A stretch of 64,000 nt of DNA from Eledone cirrhosa (GCA_964016885.1 OZ024764.1:19406001-19470000), one strand, 5' to 3'; shown: positions 23,377-40,800, counted from the stretch's first letter. Translations and numbers: made by a program. The notes: generated by a model not told the origin, from the sequence alone.

Positions 23377-23689
23377 ACCTACATGATAAACACACCCAAC
23401 ACAGGCTGTAATGTGGTTGGTCATGTGAAGGACATCTAGCCATAGAAAGCTTGCCCGACAATAGTGTCGGAGAACCCTTCAATCATGACAAAGACATGAC
23501 AACCTTTTCTGTGCACTCAGTAGCAAATGAGACCTTATGTAAATAAGTCTCAGATCCTTGGTCTGTCTGGGAGATCAGTAGCCTCACTTCAGTACTTACT
23601 TGGTTGAAGTAGACTCATTAAACCCTTGCTAGCAGGGAAATCTGATGCTGATTATGTAACCTCAACCTCTTCTTATTAACCCACTTATT

Positions 23690-24130
23690 CCAGAGAGGGT
23701 CTTGGGGGCAGAGTCCTCAAACACTCCCTCCAACAGGTCCTGTCAGAAGCAACCCACTCCAACTGATCTGGCTGGATCTCCCAAGCTCATGGATGTTATG
23801 TGACCATCTTGCTCAGGTCTACCCCTGGGTTTCCTGCCGGTTAGTTTTGCCTGTAAAATCTATCCAGTGATTCTTTCCTCAGACATTCTAACCACATGGC
23901 CATAGTATTGCAGCTGTGATCTCTCAATTCGGAGAAGTAACAGCTCCACCTGGAGTGACTCTCTGATCTCAGAGCTATGCACTTTATTGAGAAACGTTTC
24001 TTCAAAGACCCTTCAGAGGAATCCCATATCTGCCATTTGTATTCCCAATCATATTCTTTTGGTCATTACCCAAGATATGTGACCATAGGTAAGGGTTGGC
24101 ACAAAAACCTAATTGAAGACAGCAAGTTTG
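23690..24130 (-). mobile_element. RTE/Rex3-like LINE 3' fragment
   Basis: Minus: VFVPTLTYGH.SWVMT, SSEIRESLQVELLLLRIERSQLQYYGHVVRM, RKPRGRP. Confidence 0.75.
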
Positions 24131-24199
24131 GCTTTTATACCTACCTCCCTTCTTCTGATTAGTGAATATTGGAGCTGGTGCATTACTGATATTTCACTG

Positions 24200-24645
24200 C
24201 CCACACTGCAAAGTGGCTGGGTAGGTGATATGACAAAAAGCACCCAACCCACACTGTAGAGAACACACAGTCAACATTATAAGGTGGTCATGTAGGTGAT
24301 ATGATAAAAAGAAACCAGCCCACACTACAGAGAACACACAGCCAACATTATAAGTTGGTCATGTAGGTGATATGACAAAAAGAAACCAGCCCACACTGCA
24401 AATAACACACAGTCAACATTATAAGGTGGTCATGTAGATGTTATGACAAAAAGTACCCAGCCCACACTGTAAAGTGCTCATGTAGGTGACAACAAAAAGA
24501 ACCCAGTCCACACTATAAAATGGTCATGTAGGTGTCACGACAAAAAGCACCCAGTGCAAACTGTAAAGTGGTCATGTAGGTGTCACAACAAAAAGAACCC
24601 AGTCTACACTGTAAAGTGGTTCTGTAGGTGTCACAACAAAAAGGT
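24200..24645 (+). repeat. Minisatellite (71-bp then ~48-bp units) derived from the RTE 3'UTR unit
   Basis: Repeats of CACCCAGCCCACACTGTAAAGTGGTCATGTAGGTG..ACAAAAAG, the same unit as 17383-17450. Confidence 0.8.
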
Positions 24646-24830
24646 TCTTCTCTAAAAATATATAATTATCTTTTATATTAATGTTAATGATGAAGAATAA
24701 CTAATATAATAAATATACCACCATAGGTGCTGAGGTGGCTAGCTGCTGGTGTGAGCCTCACGAGATGGAATGGCTCTTCCAGCACATCTAGAACAACATG
24801 ACACTCTAATATCTAGTATTTAGTAACAAA

Positions 24831-25226
24831 CTAGACCACCCGGGACCTGTTGGGTCACGTTCCCTTAAAACTATTTTTTTAAAATCATGTTCACTTAAAA
24901 ATAATTTTCAAATAGTTAAAATATAGACATATATATATATATAGACACATATATACACACGCATTTTATTAAACATCACCACCAGCTCTCTCTCTTTCTC
25001 TTCCCCTTTCCATCCATCTCCTTTTCAATCCACACTCTCACAACCACTATCTCTTTCTCTCCCTATATTTATGAAGGTACCCAGAAAACCCCGTATCTTG
25101 GGAACCTGTGCTCCAATTTATACAAAACTTGTTTTATTCCTTTCAAAGTATTTCCCCATTATGCACTGTTTTAGCTGTATTAAATTACAGACAAGACACA
25201 ATCACAGAGTTTTAGTAGTATATAGA
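24831..25226 (-). mobile_element. Non-autonomous Helitron with intact termini (396 bp)
   Basis: Minus strand A|TCTATATACTACTAAAACTCTG ... GACC-CAACA-GGTC hairpin ... CTAG|T; no TSD. Confidence 0.8.
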
Positions 25227-25229
25227 TAA

Positions 25230-25760
25230 TATAGCTTCAAATTAAAGTTAGTAAACGACAGTTTGGAGAAATCTGTAACATTTATTAAACATTCTTCAAG
25301 TTTGTCAATTCTATAGCACAATAGTTTGTTAATTAAAATGTTTAGTTAGATGTTCTACATATAAAGAAGAGAGAATACTTTACCACAAATATTACAGTGG
25401 TATAATGATTTTCCCATCTCTTCTGGAAAATATTCCTATGTTGATGTAAATATTTCTATTGTTCATAATTTTACCAAATGTGATCTTTGTCAATATCCAA
25501 ATACTTTGAAAACTCCTTTGTAAATATCCAAAGTTCAATCAGAATGTAAAATCATCTTGTAAATATTCCAGACAGTGAAAAAGGAAAATATTTATCTCAA
25601 TTCAGAAGAAATATTTCACCATAATTCACCACAGACTAAACAAGTTTATATCACTTGTATGTAACATCTTTCTGTTGTCTTTAAAAGACTCTTTTCTGTC
25701 AAGGTCATGTGATATTCTGAAATAGTAGAGAAACATTATTAAGATATTTAGAAAATAGAG
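25230..25760 (-). pseudogene. Orphan ZNF-type acceptor and 5'UTR exon relic without a finger ORF
   Basis: TTTCTCTACTATTTCAG|AATA acceptor at 25717 resembles 28748; AAAATCATCTTGTA.ATATTCCAGACA.TGAA shared with ~28150. Confidence 0.45.
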
Positions 25761-25986
25761 ATACAACAGTGAAAACTTTACTACATCTCTATATTAATAG
25801 ATATAAACCTTACATGGTGACACAAACACTGCAACACTAACTTACAGGAAACCATCTAGTTACTTGATCTAGTTACTTCAATCAGGTGAAGAGATAAACT
25901 AGATTGACTTCATTCTCATCAGAAAACAGGATAGACAGATAGTTGGGAATATTAACTCCTTTACTGGAGAAGGACATACCACTCAA

Positions 25987-26376
25987 GAGATACAAGACAA
26001 CCTAAATAAAGAGTAGAGATAATAAAAGATCTTCCTGTTAAATATAAAATCTAGAAGGGCAGTGAGAGAGGTACAAGATAACTTAGAGAAAAGGGTAGGG
26101 ATAGTAAAAGATCTCCCTGTTAAATATAAGATCTACAGGGACTGTGAGAGAGGTACAAGAAAACCTAGAGAAAAAGGTAGGGACAGTAAAAGATCTCCCT
26201 GTTAAATATAAGATATAGAGGGACTGTGAGAGAGGTAAAAGACAACCTAGAGAAAAGGGTAGGGATAGTAAAAGATCTCCCTGTTAAATATAAGATATAG
26301 AGGGACTGTGAGAGAGGTACAAGACAACCTAGAGAAAAGGGTAGGGACAGTAAAAGAGCTCCCTGTTAAATATAAA
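25987..26376. repeat. 82-bp purine-rich minisatellite, ~4.7 units
   Basis: GATC/GAGC anchors at 26028, 26110, 26192, 26274, 26356. Confidence 0.9.
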
Positions 26377-26981
26377 TTCAGAGATGTTCTACATGATACA
26401 TATGATAAGGAGGAGGAGATTGATAGCTAGGACATAGAAGATATCTGGAAGTTTCTTTCTGCCATCAAGATGAATGTTGCCTTGGTGATGGAATAGTACA
26501 GTAGATAGAAGTTGAAATCTAAAAGACCTGAAGAGACAGGAGGGGAACAACAATATCAAATAGTTAAAATGGAAGCTAGATATTAGGCTTACAAGTTATT
26601 GATTTCTGTTGTTATTGTTAAAATCTGTTTAATCTGTGATATTTGAGACAATGTACAGGACAATAGAATTAATATCAATGTCTGACTAACAACAACAAAA
26701 GTTTTCATTTTATTGGCAGGTTTAAATTACAGAAGTTCCCAAACCTTTACTAAAAATACAAATATATATCTTATCTGTTAAAGTATAATAAATCAAAGTT
26801 TAATGTGAAAAACTTTAATTTACACAAAATCTTCAAACACTGCTTCAAAAATGGAAACCTGGTGTTTATGATCCCTGTCCTAGGTAAAACCTACAAGGTT
26901 ATCCTCAGTTTTAGCAAGGATGATGGATCTACACATTTGTTGTTGTTGTAGTATGATGTAATGAGTTTGATATTGATACAG

Positions 26982-28765
<1,784 letters not shown>

Positions 28766-28887
28766 ATTATAAGATACTCAGAAACTTGTAATACATCAGT
28801 ACAAATTTCATATAATATTTCTATATTGATAAATGGACTGTAATAAATACTAAGGCCTTCCTTGGTGAAGAATGTGCTGACTAACAT

Positions 28888-31800
28888 AGGTTAGTTATTA
28901 GTGGTAGTAGATTATACTGACTGATAAAAGTAGTTATTAGTGACATTAGATTATACTGACTGATAAAAGTAGTTATTAGTGACATTAGATTATACTGACT
29001 GATAAAAGTAGTTATTAGTGACTTTAGATTATACTGACTGATAAAAGTAGTTATTAGTGACATTAGATTAAACTGACTGATAAAAGTAGTTATTAGTGAC
29101 ATTAGATTAAACTGACTGATAAAAGTAGTTATTAGTGATATTAGTTCAAACTGACTGATAAAAGTAGTTATTAGTGATATTAGATTAAACTGACTGATAA
29201 AAGTAGTTATTCGTGACATTAGATTATACTGACTGATAAAAGTAGTTATTAGTGACATTAGATTAAACTGACTGATAAAAGTAGTTATTAGTGACATTAG
29301 ATTATACTGACTGATAAAAGTAGTTATTAGTGACATTAGATTAAAATGACTGATAAAAGTAGTTATTAGTGACATTAGATTATACTGACTGATAAAAGTA
29401 GTTATTAGTGACATTAGATTAAACTTACTGATAAAAGTAGTTTTTAGTGACATTAGATTATACTGACTGATAAAAGTAGTTATTAGTGACATTAGATTAT
29501 ACTGACTGATAAAAGTAGTTATTAGTGACATTAGATTAAACTGACAGATAAAAGTAGTTATTAGTGACATTAGATTATACTGACAGATAAAAGTAGTTAT
29601 TAGTGAGATTAGATTAAACTGACTGATAAAAGTAGTTATTAGTGACATTAGATTAAACTGACTGATAAAAGTAGTTATTAGTGACATTAGATTATACTGA
29701 CTGATAAAAGTAGTTATTAGTGACATTAGATTAAACTGACTGATAAAAGTAGTTATTAGTGACATTAGATTATACTGACAGATAAAAGTAGTTATTAGTG
29801 AGATTAGATTAAACTGACTGATAAAAGTAGTTATTAGTGACATTAGATTAAACTGACTGATAAAAGTAATTATTAGTGACTTTAGATTATACTGACAGAT
29901 AAAAGTAGTTATTAGTGGCATTAGATTAAACTGACTGATAAAAGTAGTTATTAGTGACATTAGATTATACTGACTGATAAAAGTAGTTATTAGTGACATT
30001 AGATTATACTAACTGATAAAAGTAGTTATTAGTGACATTAGATTATACTGACTGATAAAAGTAGTTATTAGTGACATTAGATTATACTGACAGATAAAAG
30101 TAGTTATTAGTGAGATTAGATTAAACTGACTGATAAAAGTAGTTATTAGTGAGATTAGATTAAACTGACTGATAAAAGTAGTTATTAGTGACATTAGATT
30201 AAACTGACTGATAAAAGTAGTTATTAGTGACATTAGATTAAACTGACTGATAAAAGTAGTTATTAGTGACATTAGATTATACTGACTGATAAAAGTAGTT
30301 ATTAGTGACATTAGATTAAACTGACTGATAAAAGTAGTTCTTAGTGACATTAGATTTAACTGACTGATAAAAGTAGTTATTAGTGACATTAGATTAAACT
30401 TACTGATAAAAGTAGTTTTTAGTGACATTAGATTATACTGACTGATAAAAGTAGTTATTAGTGACATTAGATTATACTGACTGATAAAAGCAGTTATTAG
30501 GGACATTAGATTAAACTGACAGATAAAAGTAGTTATTAGTGACATTAGATTATACTGACAGATAAAAGTAGTTATTAGTGAGATTAGATTAAACTGACTG
30601 ATAAAAGTAGTTATTAGTGACATTAGATTAAACTGAGTGATAAAAGTAGTTATTAGTGACATTAGATTATACTGACTGATAAAAGAAGTTATTAGTGACA
30701 TTAGATTAAACTGACTGATAAAAGTAGTTATTAGTGACATTAGATTATACTGACAGATAAAAGTAGTTATTAGTGAGATTAGATTAAACTGACTGATAAA
30801 AGTAGTTATTAGTGACATTAGATTAAACTGACTGATAAAAGTAGTTATTAGTGACATTAGATTAAACTGACTGATAAAAGTAGTTAATAGTGACATTAGA
30901 TTATACTGACTGATAAAAGTAGTTATTAGTGACATTAGATTATACTAACTGATAAAAGTAGTTATTAGTGACATTAGATTATACTGACTGATAAAAGTAG
31001 TTATTAGTGACATTAGATTATACTGACAGATAAAAGTAGTTATTAGTGAGATTAGATTAAACTGACTGATAAAAGTAGTTATTCGTGAGATTAGATTAAA
31101 CTCACTGATAAAAGTAGTTATTAGTGACATTAGATTATACTGACTGATAAAAGTAATTATTAGTGACATTAGATTATACTGACTGATAAAAGTAGTTATT
31201 AGTGACATTAGATTAAACTGACTGATAAAAGTAGTTATTAGTGACATTAGATTAAACTGACTGATAAAAGTAGTTATTAGTGAGATTAGATTAAACGCAC
31301 TGATAAAAGTAGTTATTAGTGACATTAGATTAAACTGACTGATAAAAGTAGTTATTAGTGGCATTAGATTAAACTGACTGATAAAAGTAGTTATTAGTGA
31401 CATTAGATTATACTGACTGATAAAAGTAGTTATTAGTGACATTAGATTATACTAACTGATAAAAGTAGTTATTAGTGACATTAGATTATACTGACTGATA
31501 AAAGTAGTTATTAGTGACATTAGATTATACTGACAGATAAAAGTAGTTATTAGTGAGATTAGATTAAACTGACTGATAAAAGTAGTTATTAGTGAGATTA
31601 GATTAAACTGACTGATAAAAGTAGTTATTAGTGACATTAGATTATACTGACTGATAAAAGTAGTTATTAGTGACATTAGATTATACTGACTGATAAAAGT
31701 AGTTATTAGTGAGATTAGATTAAACTGACTGATAAAAGTAGTTATTAGTGACATTAGATTAAACTGACTGATAAAAGTAGTTATTAGTGACATTAGATTA

Positions 31801-34800
31801 AACTGACTGATAAAAGTAGTTATTAGTGACATTAGATTATACTGACTGATAAAAGTAGTTATTAGTGACATTAGATTAAACTGACTGATAAAAGTAGTTA
31901 TTAGTGACATTAGATTTAACTGACTGATAAAAGTAGTTATTAGTGACATTAGATTAAACTTACTGATAAAAGTAGTTTTTAGTGACATTAGATTATACTG
32001 ACTGATAAAAGTAGTTATTAGTGACATTAGATTATACTGACTGATAAAAGTAGTTATTAGGGACATTAGATTAAACTGACAGATAAAAGTAGTTATTAGT
32101 GACATTAGATTATACTGACTGATAAAAGTAGTTATTAGTGACATTAGATTAAACTGACTGATAAAAGTAGTTAATAGTGACATTAGATTATACTGACTGA
32201 TAAAAGTAGTTATTAGTGACATTAGATTATACTAACTGATAAAAGTAGTTATTAGTGACATTAGATTATACTGACTGATAAAAGTAGTTATTAGTGACAT
32301 TAGATTATACTGACAGATAAAAGTAGTTATTAGTGAGATTAGATTAAACTGACTGATAAAAGTAGTTATTCGTGAGATTAGATTAAACTGACTGATAAAA
32401 GTAGTTATTAGTGACATTAGATTATACTGACTGATAAAAGTAATTATTAGTGACATTAGATTATACTGACTGATAAAAGTAGTTATTAGTGACATTAGAT
32501 TAAACTGACTGATAAAAGTAGTTATTAGTGACATTAGATTAAACTGACTGATAAAAGTAGTTATTAGTGAGATTAGATTAAACGCACTGATAAAAGTAGT
32601 TATTAGTGACATTAGATTAAACTGACTGATAAAAGTAGTTATTAGTGGCATTAGATTAAACTGACTGATAAAAGTAGTTATTAGTGAGATTAGATTAAAC
32701 TCACTGATAAAAGTAGTTATTAGTGACATTAGATTATACTGACTGATAAAAGTAGTTATTAGTGACATTAGATTATACTGACTGATAAAAGTAGTTATTA
32801 GTGACATTAGATTATACTGACAGATAAAAGTAGTTATTAGTGAGATTAGATTAAACTGACTTATAAAAGTAGTTATTAGTAACATTAGATTATACTGACT
32901 GATAAAAGTAGTTATTAGTGACATTAGATTAAACTGACTGATAAAAGTAGTTATTAGTAACATTAGATTATACTGACTGATAAAAGTAGTTATTAGTGAG
33001 ATTAGATTAAACTGACTGATAAAAGTAGTTATTAGTGAGATTAGATTACACTGACTGATAAAAGTAGTTATTAGTGACATTAGATTAAACTGACTGATAA
33101 AAGTAGTTATTAGTGACATTAGATTATACTGACAGATAAAAGTAGTTATTAGTGAGATTAGATTAAACTGACTGATAAAAGTAGTTATTAGTGACATTAG
33201 ATTAAACTGACTGATAAAAGTAGTTATTAGTGACATTAGATTATACTGACAGATAAAAGTAGTTATTAGTGAGATTAGATTATACTGACAGATAAAAGTA
33301 GTTATTAGTGACATTAGATTATACTGACTGATAAAAGTAGTTATTAGTGACATTAGATTATACTGACAGATAAAAGTAGTTATTAGTGAGATTAGATTAA
33401 ACTGACTGATAAAAGTAGTTATTAGTGACATTAGATTAAACTGACTGATAAAAAGTAGTTATTAGTGACATTAGATTATACTGACAGATAAAAGTAGTTA
33501 TTAGTGGCAGTAGATTATACTGACTGATAAAAGTAGTTATTAGTGACATTAGATTATACTGACTGATAAAAGTAGTTATTAGTGACATTAGATTATACTG
33601 ACTGATAAAAGTAGTTATTAGTGAGATTAGATTAAACTGACTGATAAAAGTAGTTATTAGTGACATTAGATTATACTGACTGATAAAAGTAGTTATTAGT
33701 GACATTAGATTATACTGACTGATAAAAGTAGTTATTAGTGACATTAGATTATACTGACAGATAAAAGTAGTTATTAGTGAGATTAGATTAAACTGACTGA
33801 TAAAAGTAGTTATTAGTGAGATTAGATTAAACTGACTGATAAAAGTAGTTATTAGTGACATTAGATTATACTGACTGATAAAAGTAGTTATTAGTGACAT
33901 TAGATTATACTGACTGATAAAAGTAATTATTAGTGACATTAGATTATACTGACTGATAAAAGTAGTTATTAGTGACATTAGATTAAACTGACTGATAAAA
34001 GTAGTTATTAGTAACATTAGATTATACTGACTGATAAAAGTAGTTATTAGTGACATTAGATTAAACAGACTGATAAAAGTAGTTATTAGTAACATTAGAT
34101 TATACTGACTGATAAAAGTAGTTATTAGTGAGATTAGATTAAACTGACTGATAAAAGTAGTTATTAGTGAGATTAGATTAAACTGACTGATAAAAGTAGT
34201 TATTAGTGACATTAGATTAAACTGACTGATAAAAGTAGTTATTAGTGACATTAGATTATACTGACAGATAAAAGTAGTTATTAGTGAGATTAGATTAAAC
34301 TGACTGATAAAAGTAGTTATTAGTGACATTAGATTAAACTGACTGATAAAAGTAGTTATTAGTGACATTAGATTATACTGACAGATAAAAGTAGTTATTA
34401 GTGAGATTAGATTATACTGACAGATAAAAGTAGTTATTAGTGACATTAGATTATACTGACTGATAAAAGTAGTTATTAGTGACATTAGATTATACTGACT
34501 GATAAAAGTAGTTATTAGTGACATTAGATTATACTGACAGATAAAAGTAGTTATTAGTGAGATTAGATTAAACTGACTGATAAAAGTAGTTATTAGTGAC
34601 ATTAGATTATACTGACTGATAAAAGTAGTTATTAGTGAAATTAGATTATACTGACTGATAAAAGTAGTTATTAGTGACATTAGATTATACTGAGAGATAA
34701 AAGTAGTTATTAGTGAGATTAGATTAAACTGACTGATAAAAGTAGTTATTAGTGACATTAGATTAAACTGACTGATAAAAGTAGTTATTAGTGATATTAG

Positions 34801-37800
34801 TTCAAACTGACTGATAAAAGTAGTTATTAGTGATATTAGATTAAACTGACTGATAAAAGTAGTTATTCGTGACATTAGATTATACTGACTGATAAAAGTA
34901 GTTATTAGTGACATTAGATTAAACTGACTGATAAAAGTAGTTATTAGTGACATTAGATTATACTGACTGATAAAAGTAGTTATTAGTGACATTAGATTAA
35001 ACTGACTGATAAAAGTAGTTATTAGTGACATTAGATTATACTGACTGATAAAAGTAGTTATTAGTGACATTAGATTAAACTGACAGATAAAAGTAGTTAT
35101 TAGTGACATTAGATTATACTGACTGATAAAAGTAGTTATTAGTGACATTAGATTATACTGACTGATAAAAGTAGTTATTAGTGACATTAGATTAAACTGA
35201 TTGATAAAAGTAGTTATTAGTGACATTAGATTAAACTGACTGATAAAAGTAGTTATTAGTGACATTAGATTATACTGACAGATAAAAGTAGTTATTAGTG
35301 AGATTAGATTAAACTGACTGATAAAAGTAGTTATTAGTGACATTAGATTATACTGACAGATAAAAGTAGTTATTAGTGAGATTAGATTAAACTGACTGAT
35401 AAAAGTAGTTATTAGTGACATTAGATTATACTGACTGATAAAAGTAGTTATTAGTAACATTAGATTAAACTGATTGATAAAAGTAGTTATTAGTGACATT
35501 AGATTAAACTGATTGATAAAAGTAGTTATTAGTGACATTAGATTATACTGACAGATAAAAGTAGTTATTAGTGAGATTAGATTAAACTGACTGATAAAAG
35601 TAGTTATTAGTGACATTAGATTAAACTGACTGATAAAAGTAGTTATTAGTGACATTAGATTATACTGAGAGATAAAAGTAGTTATTAGTGAGATTAGATT
35701 ATACTGACAGATAAAAGTAGTTATTAGTGACATTAGATTAAACTGACTGATAAAAGTAGTTATTAGTGACATTAGATTATACTGACAGATAAAAGTAGTT
35801 ATTAGTGACATTAGATTAAACTGACTGATAAAAGTAGTTATTAGTGACAGTAGATTATACTGAGAGATAAAAGTAGTTATTAGTGAGATTAGATTATACT
35901 GACAGATAAAAGTAGTTATTAGTGACATTAGATTAAACTGACTGATAAAAGTAGTTATTAGTGACATTAGATTATACTGACTGATAAAAGTAGTTATTAG
36001 TGACATTAGATAATACTGACAGATAAAAGGAGTTATTAGTGAGATTAGATTAAACTGACTGATAAAAGTAGTTATTAGTGACATTAGATTATACTGACAG
36101 ATAAAAGTAGTTATTAGTGACATTAGATTAAACTGACTGATAAAAGTAGTTATTAGTGACATTAGATTATACTGACAGATAAAAGTAGTTATTAGTGACA
36201 TTAGATTAAACTGACTGATAAAAGTAGTTATTAGTGACAGTAGATTATACTGAGAGATAAAAGTAGTTATTAGTGAGATTAGATTATACTGACAGATAAA
36301 AGTAGTTATTAGTGACATTAGATTAAACTGACTGATAAAAGTAGTTATTAGTGACATTAGATTATACTGACAGATAAAAGTAGTTATTAGTGACATTAGA
36401 TTAAACTGACTGATAAAAGTAGTTATTAGTGACAGTAGATTATACTGAGAGATAAAAGTAGTTATTAGTGAGATTAGATTATACTGACAGATAAAAGTAG
36501 TTATTAGTGACATTAGATTAAACTGACTGATAAAAGTAGTTATTAGTGACATTAGATTATACTGACTGATAAAAGTAGTTATTAGTGACATTAGATAATA
36601 CTGACAGATAAAAGGAGTTATTAGTGAGATTAGATTAAACTGACTGATAAAAGTAGTTATTAGTGACATTAGATTATACTGACTGATAAAAGTAGTTATT
36701 AGTGACATTAGATTATACTGACTGATAAAAGTAGTTATTAGTGACATTAGATTATACTGAGAGATAAAAGTAGTTATTAGTGAGATTAGATTAAACTGAC
36801 TGATAAAAGTAGTTATTAGTGACATTAGATTATACTGACAGATAAAAGTAGTTATTAGTAACATTAGATTATACTGACAGATAAAAGTAGTTATTAGTAA
36901 CATTAGATTATACTGACTGATAAAAGTAGTTATTAGTGAGATTAGATTAAACTGACTGATAAAAGTAGTTATTAGTGACATTAGATTAAACTGACTGATA
37001 AAAGTAGTTATTAGTGACATTAGATTATACTGACAGATAAAAGTAGTTATTAGTAACATTAGATTATACTGACTGATAAAAGTAGTTATTAGTGAGATTA
37101 GATTAAACTGACTGATAAAAGTAGTTATTAGTGAGATTAGATTAAACTGACTGATAAAAGTAGTTATTAGTGACATTAGATTAAACTGACTGATAAAAGT
37201 AGTTATTAGTGACATTAGATTATACTGACAGATAAAAGTAGTTATTAGTGAGATTAGATTAAACTGACTGATAAAAGTAGTTATTAGTGACATTAGATTA
37301 AACTGACTGATAAAAGTAGTTATTAGTGACATTAGATTATACTGACAGATAAAAGTAGTTATTAGTGAGATTAGATTATACTGACAGATAAAAGTAGTTA
37401 TTAGTGACATTAGATTATACTGACTGATAAAAGTAGTTATTAGTGACATTAGATTAAACTCACTGATAAAAGTAGTTATTAGTGACATTAGATTATACTG
37501 ACAGATAAAAGTAGTTATTAGTGACATTAGATTAAACTGACTGATAAAAGTAGTTATTAGTGACATTAGATTATACTGACTGATAAAAGTAGTTATTAGT
37601 GACATTAGATAATACTGACAGATAAAAGGAGTTATTAGTGAGATTAGATTAAACTGACTGATAAAAGTAGTTATTAGTGACATTAGATTATACTGACTGA
37701 TAAAAGTAGTTATTAGTGACATTAGATTATACTGACTGATAAAAGTAGTTATTAGTGACATTAGATTATACTGAGAGATAAAAGTAGTTATTAGTGAGAT

Positions 37801-40800
37801 TAGATTAAACTGACTGATAAAAGTAGTTATTAGTGACATTAGATTAAACTGACTGATAAAAGTAGTTATTAGTAACATTAGATTATACTGACTGATAAAA
37901 GTAGTTATTAGTGAGATTAGATTAAACTGACTGATAAAAGTAGTTATTAGTGAGATTAGATTAAACTGACTGATAAAAGTAGTTATTAGTGACATTAGAT
38001 TAAACTGACTGATAAAAGTAGTTATTAGTGACATTAGATTATACTGACAGATAAAAGTAGTTATTAGTGAGATTAGATTAAACTGACTGATAAAAGTAGT
38101 TATTAGTGACATTAGATTAAACTGACTGATAAAAGTAGTTATTAGTGACATTAGATTATACTGACAGATAAAAGTAGTTATTAGTGAGATTAGATTATAC
38201 TGACAGATAAAAGTAGTTATTAGTGACATTAGATTATACTGACTGATAAAAGTAGTTATTAGTGACATTAGATTAAACTCACTGATAAAAGTAGTTATTA
38301 GTGACATTAGATTATACTGACAGATAAAAGTAGTTATTAGTGAGATTAGATTAAACTGACTGATAAAAGTAGTTATTAGTGACATTAGATTATACTGACT
38401 GATAAAAGTAGTTATTAGTGACATTAGATTATACTGACTGATAAAAGTAGTTATTAGTGACATTAGATTATACTGAGAGATAAAAGTAGTTATTAGTGAG
38501 ATTAGATTAAACTGACAGATAAAAGTAGTTATTAGTGATATTAGATTAAACTGACTGATAAAAGTAGTTATTCGTGACATTAGATTATACTGACTGATAA
38601 AAGTAGTTATTAGTGACATTAGATTAAACTGACTGATAAAAGTAGTTATTAGTGACATTAGATTAAACTGACTGATAAAAGTAGTTATTAGTGACATTAG
38701 ATTATACTGACTGATAAAAGTAGTTATTAGTGACATTAGATTAAACTGACTGATAAAAGTAGTTATTAGTGACATTAGATTATACTGACAGATAAAAGTA
38801 GTTATTAGTGAGATTAGATTAAACTGACTGATAAAAGTAGTTATTAGTGAGATTAGATTAAACAGACTGATAAAAGTAGTTATTAGTGACATTAGATTAT
38901 ACTGACTGATAAAAGTAGTTATTAGTGACATTAGATTATACTGACTGATAAAAGTAGTTATTAGTGAGATTAGATTAAACTGACTGATAAAAGTAGTTAT
39001 TAGTGACATTAGATTAAACTGACTGATAAAAGTAGTTACTAGTGACATTAGATTATACTGACAGATAAAAGTAGTTATTAGTGAGATTAGATTAAACTGA
39101 CTGATAAAAGTAGTTATTAGTGAGATTAGATTAAACTGACTGATAAAAGTAGTTATTAGTGACATTAGATTAAACTGACTGATAAAAGTAGTTATTAGTG
39201 ACATTAGATTATACTGACTGATAAAAGTAGTTATTAGTGACATTAGATTATACTGACTGATAAAAGTAGTTATTAGTGACATTAGATTATACTGACAGAT
39301 AAAAGTAGTTATTAGTGAGATTAGATTAAACTGACTGATAAAAGTAGTTATTAGTGACATTAGATTATACTGACAGATAAAAGTAGTTATTAGTGACATT
39401 AGATTAAACTGACTGATAAAAGAAGTTATTAGTGACATTAGATTATACTGACTGATAAAAGTAGTTATTAGTGACATTAGATTATACTGACAGATAAAAG
39501 TAGTTATTAGTGAGATTAGATTAAACTGACTGATAAAAGTAGTTATTAGTGAGATTAGATTAAACTGACTGATAAAAGTAGTTATTAGTGACATTAGATT
39601 AAACTGACTGATAAAAGTAGTTATTAGTGACATTAGATTAAACTGACTGATAAAAGTAGTTATTAGTGATATTAGATTAAACTGACTGATAAAAGTAGTT
39701 ATTAGTGACATTAGATTATACTGACTGATAAAAGTAGCTATTAGTGACATTAGATTAAACTGACTGATAAAAGTAGTTATTAGTGACATTAGATTAAACT
39801 GACTGATAAAAGCAGTTATTAGTGAGATTAGATTAAACTGACTGATAAAAGTAGTTATTAGTAACATTAGATTATACTGACTGATAAAAGTAGTTATTAG
39901 TGAAATTAGATTATACTGACTGATAAAAGTAGTTATTAGTGACATTAGATTAAACTGAAAGATAAAAGTAGTTATTAGTGACATTAGATTAAACTGACTG
40001 ATAAAAGTAGTTATTAGTAACATTAGATTATACTGACTGATAAAAGTAGTTATTAGTGAAATTAGATTATACTGACTGATAAAAGTAGTTATTAGTGAAA
40101 TTAGATTATACTGACTGATAAAAGTAGTTATTAGTGAAATTAGATTATACTGACTGATAAAAGTAGTTATTAGTGGCATTAGATTAAACTGAATGATAAA
40201 AGTAGTTATTAGTGACATTAGATTAAACTGACTGATAAAAGTAGTTATTAGTGGGAGTAGATTAAACTGACTGATAAAAGTAGTTATTAGTGGCAGTAGA
40301 TTAAACTGACTGATAAAAGTAGTTATTAGTGGCAGTAGATTAAACTGACTGATAAAAGTAGTTATTAGTGACATTAGATTATACTGACTGATAAAAGTAG
40401 TTATTAGTGACTTAGATTAAACTGACTGATAAAAGTAGTTATTAGTGGCATTAGATTAAACTGACTGATAAAAGTAGTTATTAGTGGCAGTAGATTAAAC
40501 TGACTGATAAAAGTAGTTATTAGTGGCAGTAGATTAAACTGACTGATAAAAGTAGTTATTAGTGGCAGTAGATTAAACTGACTGATAAAAGTAGTTATTA
40601 GTGGCAGTAGATTCAACTGACTGATAAACGTAGTTATTAGTAACATTAGATTAAACTGACTGATAAAAGTAGTTATTAGTGACATTAGATTAAACTGACA
40701 GATAAAAGTAGTTATTAGTGGCAGTAGATTAAACTGACTGATAAAAGTAGTTATTAGTGACATTAGATTATACTGACTGATAAAAGTAGTTATTAGTGAC

